This document shows positions 38,223 to 41,676 of a stretch of DNA of 41,676 nucleotides, in pieces. Position 1 is the stretch's first letter, and the number at the start of each line of letters is the position of its first letter. Below the pieces are notes generated by a model, which ran no database searches, was not told the origin of the DNA, and saw only the letters and a list, made by a program, of their open reading frames with translations. This stretch comes from a virus: IMG/VR virus record IMGVR_UViG_3300049188_000051. One strand, 5' to 3'. A program made the translations under genes and the position numbers.

Positions 38223-39896
38223 TCAGAGTTGAGGACGGCCGCCAGCGGCCTGCATCCTGGTGAGGTTGGCGGCTGCGGACGACACGGCTGGCGCTGCCTC
38301 CACGAGCTGCTGCATCTCGGCCTGCTGCGCGCGCTGCTCCTTGGCATCGGAGATGGCCTGTGCGTCGTTGAGGTACTTGGCTGGCACGCCGTTGATCTCG
38401 GCCAGGCCCAGCGCCATCTCGGGCAGCTTGAAGGCGTCCAGCACGCTCGGGTCGGCCTCGGCCATCGGCAGCGCGGCCTCCAGCGTGCGCGTGATGGCGA
38501 TGCCCTCGCTCGCTCGCATGGCTTGGCGCATCGGGCTGGTGTACTCGATGCGGTACTCGCCAGCGGCCTCGATCATCTCGGGCGGCATAGGCGGCAGCTG
38601 ACCAGAGCGCGCGCCCAGGTCCAGCTCGCGCTCGGTGATCGGGCCCAGGCACTCGGTCTCCAGCCGGCCGCCGATGGGCGCGAGCTGAACGGCACGCTCC
38701 TGCATCAGCTCCAGCGTCTGTGTGGCCGTCATGTTCGGGTGCTCGACCAGCACGCGGAAGACGTCCAGCAGGAACGCGCTGGCGATGATCTCGCGCTCCT
38801 TGTCCATCATGTCCATGCCGATCTCGACCTTGGCGCCGGTCAGCAGCGGTTCGACCATTCGCTGGCCCTGGCTGTTGATGCCGCCGAAGTTCAGAGCGCC
38901 CGGCACCATGCTGAAGGCTCCCAGCACGCCGTCCTCGGACAGCAGCAGCGGCGGGTCCACGATCTTCTGGCCAGCCTGGATGACCGTCTTCTTCATCGCA
39001 TTCAGCACCTTGATGTCGCTGAGTGCCATCCAGGCCGGCGAGCGGCCGTAGACCTCGCCGGGCGAGGTCATGTAGCGCATGGTGCCGAACGGCCAGGTGT
39101 TGAAGCCGCCCTCCTGCAGCGCGACCTTCTGGCCGGTCAGGAAGTAGCACGACGCCCAGGGCATGCCGGCGTGTCCGACGCGCTCCGGGTCGTAGTCCTC
39201 GCGCGGCATGACGACGTGCGCCACCTCGACCTGCTCGTCCGGATACCTCTGCAATCGAGCGGCCAGCTGCGTCGGCATGTCGGCGACCTTGAAGCCCTGG
39301 GCCTTCTGCTTCTCGATCCACGAGTGCAGCTGGCGCAGCGACCACGACCACCACCGGAACACCGTGTCGACGATGCCAGCGTCGTTCTCCATGATGATGG
39401 TCCGCGCCAGGTGCAGCGACTTGTAGCGCAGGAACGGCCGGCGCATCCGGCTGTTCGGGTCCACCGCCCAGCCCTCGTCAACGTAGAGGTTGCCGGTACC
39501 GAACACGAAGCCCTGCAGCGACGACTCGCCCATCTGCGCCTCGAAGGCGCCGCGCGGGGAATAGCGCGCCTGGAAAAGCCAGTCGGTGGCGGCGTCCAGC
39601 CACACGGCCACGCTGTGGATCTTGTCCAGGTCCGGGTTGCCGGTGCTGAGCTTCTGGTATCGCTGGTTCGACGGCCAGACGAAGGTCGACACCACGGCAT
39701 TGGCCTTCTGCGCAGCCAGCGCAGCCGTCGCATCGAACATGTGCTCGGTGCGGCGAGCGCCGTCCGAGCGCTGGGTGTTGAAGTCGGCCATGGACGGCAG
39801 CACACGGTCGGCGATCTGCTGCCAGGTGTCTTCCCAGTTGCCGCGGTTGCCCCGTGCCGTCTCGAAGCGGCGGATGACGGCCTCGATGTCCATCAC
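38223..39896 (-). CDS. Portal protein, T7 gp8-type head-to-tail connector (557 aa)
   Basis: Track ORF (GTG 39896 or ATG 39893). IRRFETARGNRGNWEDTWQQIADRVLP is the typical connector N-terminus. Confidence 0.85.
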   Translation of the reverse strand: MMDIEAVIRRFETARGNRGNWEDTWQQIADRVLPSMADFNTQRSDGARRTEHMFDATAALAAQKANAVVSTFVWPSNQRYQKLSTGNPDLDKIHSVAVWLDAATDWLFQARYSPRGAFEAQMGESSLQGFVFGTGNLYVDEGWAVDPNSRMRRPFLRYKSLHLARTIIMENDAGIVDTVFRWWSWSLRQLHSWIEKQKAQGFKVADMPTQLAARLQRYPDEQVEVAHVVMPREDYDPERVGHAGMPWASCYFLTGQKVALQEGGFNTWPFGTMRYMTSPGEVYGRSPAWMALSDIKVLNAMKKTVIQAGQKIVDPPLLLSEDGVLGAFSMVPGALNFGGINSQGQRMVEPLLTGAKVEIGMDMMDKEREIIASAFLLDVFRVLVEHPNMTATQTLELMQERAVQLAPIGGRLETECLGPITERELDLGARSGQLPPMPPEMIEAAGEYRIEYTSPMRQAMRASEGIAITRTLEAALPMAEADPSVLDAFKLPEMALGLAEINGVPAKYLNDAQAISDAKEQRAQQAEMQQLVEAAPAVSSAAANLTRMQAAGGRPQL

Positions 39897-40081
39897 TGGC
39901 CCAGCAGCTGCTTGGCGGCGGTCTGCGGCGGCGCCTGATTGCGGTCCGTCAGGATGGACGCGGCGCGCCCCTTGCGGCGGCGCAGTTGGTCCTGGTAGTC
40001 CTGCTGCGCACCGGCGGTGTCCTCGATGGTCGGAGGCGGTGGCGCGGGGGTGGATTGGATCTTGGGGCGGAGAAAGGACAT
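39893..40081 (-). CDS. Small protein between terL and portal (62 aa)
   Basis: MSFLRPKIQ ... RRRKGRAASILT inside track ORF 39893..40090. GGAG lies 8 nt upstream, partly buried in a 7-bp hairpin (40085-40103). Confidence 0.5.
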   Translation of the reverse strand: MSFLRPKIQSTPAPPPPTIEDTAGAQQDYQDQLRRRKGRAASILTDRNQAPPQTAAKQLLGQ

Positions 40082-40102
40082 CGGCGGCACTCCGGAAGTG
40101 CC

Positions 40103-40140
40103 GGCAATGTCCTGCCCGGGTGGGCGAACGTTTTTCCCTA
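40103..40140 (-). promoter_or_regulatory. Late box copy 1 (between terL and the portal block)
   Basis: Minus strand: TAGGGAAAAACGTTCGCC-N11-GACATTGCC. The TAG is the terL stop. Confidence 0.5.
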
Positions 40141-41613
40141 GCCCAGCGGGTTGTAGTCCGTCGCTGCCACGCGTGTGCGGCCCAGCGGCTGCCGGCTAGT
40201 GCGCGTGTCCTTGCGCTGGACCGGCTCGGCGAAGGTCAGCGCGAGCGCGTCACCATCGTCAGGGCTGGGCAGGCCGCGCTTCTTCATGTCTTCCTTCTTC
40301 TCTAACTGCAGGCGGCCGTCCTTGTCGAAGCCGTACTCGCGCGCCGTAAGGTCGTCGGCCAGTTCGGAGTCGTCGTCCAGCTGCGCCGTGGGCAGCCAGT
40401 CTTTGATGGCCTGGTACATCTCGGCGGCCTTGTTGTAGAAGTCCTGCTCGTTCTTGGCCTTGCCGCCGAAGTTGACCTCGATGACCCGGTAGTTGCGGCT
40501 CTTGAGGATGTCAACCACCGCGCCGCCAATGCCGCCACCGTCGATGAACACGGCGTCTGGGTTCGTGCGGTCGATGATGGTGGCGATGCGGTTGGCCGTG
40601 TAGACCGTGTCCATGCCGCGCCACTTCTCGGGTCGCATGCCTCGCGTGGTCCGGCCCTGGCGCCCGCGCACGACGTTCTGGTCGTCGCCGAAGCGGGCGA
40701 TGTCGCAGCCGAGGATGAACGGCGCGCCAGGGTCGATGCCGTCAGCCTTGCGCTTCTGCGCGTCCTCAACAAGGTCGGTCCCGATCAGCTGGCTCACACC
40801 GGCCCGCGGGAAGATGCCGCGCACGCGAATGCGCACGAAGTCGCTGTCCTCGCCGTAGTCCTCAACCCACTTCTCGAGCTGGGCCTTGTTGGTGCCCTCG
40901 ACGGTGCGACTGTCGATCTGGCGATGCGCCCAGCGGTGGCGGCGCTTGCCAAAGCACTCCTTGAACCGACCGGTGTTCCGTGTGGGGTTGCCGAACGCCA
41001 GCCACAGGATCTCGGTGTCGGCGTCGGTCAGCGCGCCCTCGGACACCTCCCAAATCTCGTCAGGGATAGCCGATGCCTCGTCGAAGATCAGCAGCACGCG
41101 CTTGCCTTCGTTGTGCAGGCCGGCGAACGCCTCGGTGTTGGTCAGGCTCCAGGCGATCGCATCGACACGCCAGGTCTTCTCGTGGTCGCCCTGCGTGCTG
41201 TAGAGCGCTGTGGCCGTGAAGGTGAACCAGTGCCGGATGACCGACATGCGGTGCCACTTGGCCAGCTCCGGCCAAGTCTTAGAGACCAGCTGCTTCTCGG
41301 TGTTGGCCGTGACCACGCCGCGCGTGTCCTCCCGCGTGGCCAGCGCCCACAGGATCACCATCGAAACCAGCGCCGACTTGCCGATGCCGTGGCCAGACGC
41401 GGTCGCGATCTGGATCGCATCCTCCACGGTTGCGCCGTCGCGCAGCTTCTCACCCATCAGCTCGAGCGTTTCTCGCTGCCAGGTGCGCGGACCTGGGTGC
41501 TTGGCCAGTTCAGTGCCCTCCTTGCCCCACGGGAACGCGTAGAGCACGAAGCCCAGCGGATCGTGCTGGAACCCGGCGATGTCTTCGGTCAGCTGCTTCT
41601 CGATATGGTCCAT
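40138..41613 (-). CDS. terL: Terminase large subunit (491 aa)
   Basis: Track ORF. Walker A-like TASGHGIGKS, Walker B LLIFDEAS, and a C-terminal nuclease region. Confidence 0.9.
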   Translation of the reverse strand: MDHIEKQLTEDIAGFQHDPLGFVLYAFPWGKEGTELAKHPGPRTWQRETLELMGEKLRDGATVEDAIQIATASGHGIGKSALVSMVILWALATREDTRGVVTANTEKQLVSKTWPELAKWHRMSVIRHWFTFTATALYSTQGDHEKTWRVDAIAWSLTNTEAFAGLHNEGKRVLLIFDEASAIPDEIWEVSEGALTDADTEILWLAFGNPTRNTGRFKECFGKRRHRWAHRQIDSRTVEGTNKAQLEKWVEDYGEDSDFVRIRVRGIFPRAGVSQLIGTDLVEDAQKRKADGIDPGAPFILGCDIARFGDDQNVVRGRQGRTTRGMRPEKWRGMDTVYTANRIATIIDRTNPDAVFIDGGGIGGAVVDILKSRNYRVIEVNFGGKAKNEQDFYNKAAEMYQAIKDWLPTAQLDDDSELADDLTAREYGFDKDGRLQLEKKEDMKKRGLPSPDDGDALALTFAEPVQRKDTRTSRQPLGRTRVAATDYNPLG

Positions 41614-41676
41614 CAGCTGCGTCCTGCATTCACGCGCTCGCGCGCTTCGCGCAGGGCCTGGGCGCGGTCGACCACC
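41550..41676. repeat. Second copy of the terminal 127-nt repeat (identical to 1-127)
   Basis: Read directly. See feature 1-127. Confidence 0.95.

Noticed and set aside
37914-39938. 674-aa plus-strand ORF
   Set aside because: It is antisense to the portal gene and has the same compositional artefact.
40103-40140. Sigma-54 promoter or -1 slippery heptamer reading of the late box
   Set aside because: GG/GC spacing fits the -24/-12 rule in none of the three copies consistently, and copy 3 lacks the GG. GGGAAAA is a formal X-XXY-YYZ heptamer, but it lies immediately after the in-frame TAG stop, so elongating ribosomes do not reach it.
1-41676. CRISPR array, rRNA, transposase/IS or retron
   Set aside because: I saw no regularly spaced 25-40-nt repeats, no rRNA-like stretches, no transposase or RT-like ORFs and no inverted terminal repeats.

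Overview
This GC-rich window is a complete, circularly closed temperate phage genome. Bases 1-127 repeat exactly at 41550-41676, so the unique circle is 41,549 bp. Regulation looks lambdoid, while morphogenesis looks like a T7-tailed podovirus; the resemblance to BPP-1-like temperate podoviruses is my inference from gene order only.

Plus strand (6231-19201):
- A CI-like repressor operon: repressor, an 84-aa ORF and a frameshifted small HNH gene.
- A terminator, then an operator/promoter region.
- A ~12-kb early operon of mostly small unknown genes. It includes a PD-(D/E)XK exonuclease, a free-standing NUMOD4/HNH endonuclease, a possible Acb2-like protein, a beta-class DNA methyltransferase, DUF1643, a second PD-(D/E)XK-like nuclease, a DUF4224 Xis-like protein and a tyrosine integrase.
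- It ends at an attP that carries the 3' part of tRNA-Leu(CAA).

Minus strand (6177 down to 1, continuing from 41549 down to 19469):
- Regulation and replication: Cro-like protein, a CII-position HTH protein, a GIY-YIG-like protein, DUF1376/DnaT-like and P-like replication proteins, and a RusA-like resolvase.
- Small Zn-ribbon, membrane and HTH proteins just upstream of the packaging genes.
- Packaging and head: TerS, TerL, T7-type portal, scaffold, major capsid and a decoration-like protein.
- A YadA-repeat fibre-like protein, then tail tubular proteins A and B.
- A GNAT acetyltransferase, internal virion proteins and a beta-helix tail fibre.
- Lysis and cargo: holin, M15 endolysin, a DUF3154 3TM protein and a 105-aa cargo gene next to attP.

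Signals I consider most worth follow-up:
1. A conserved bipartite ~38-nt box, starting on a TAG stop codon, present three times between late gene blocks.
2. A two-gene cargo (84-aa ORF plus small HNH) translationally coupled to the repressor gene.
3. A possible Acb2-like cyclic-nucleotide sponge gene.
4. Iteron-like repeats inside the linker of the replication initiator gene.
5. Two genes interrupted by frameshifts.
6. A second fibre-like protein in the head module.
7. A GNAT gene inside the ejection-protein block.

No CRISPR array, reverse transcriptase/DGR or complete tRNA was seen. All family assignments come from motif recognition by eye and need profile searches.
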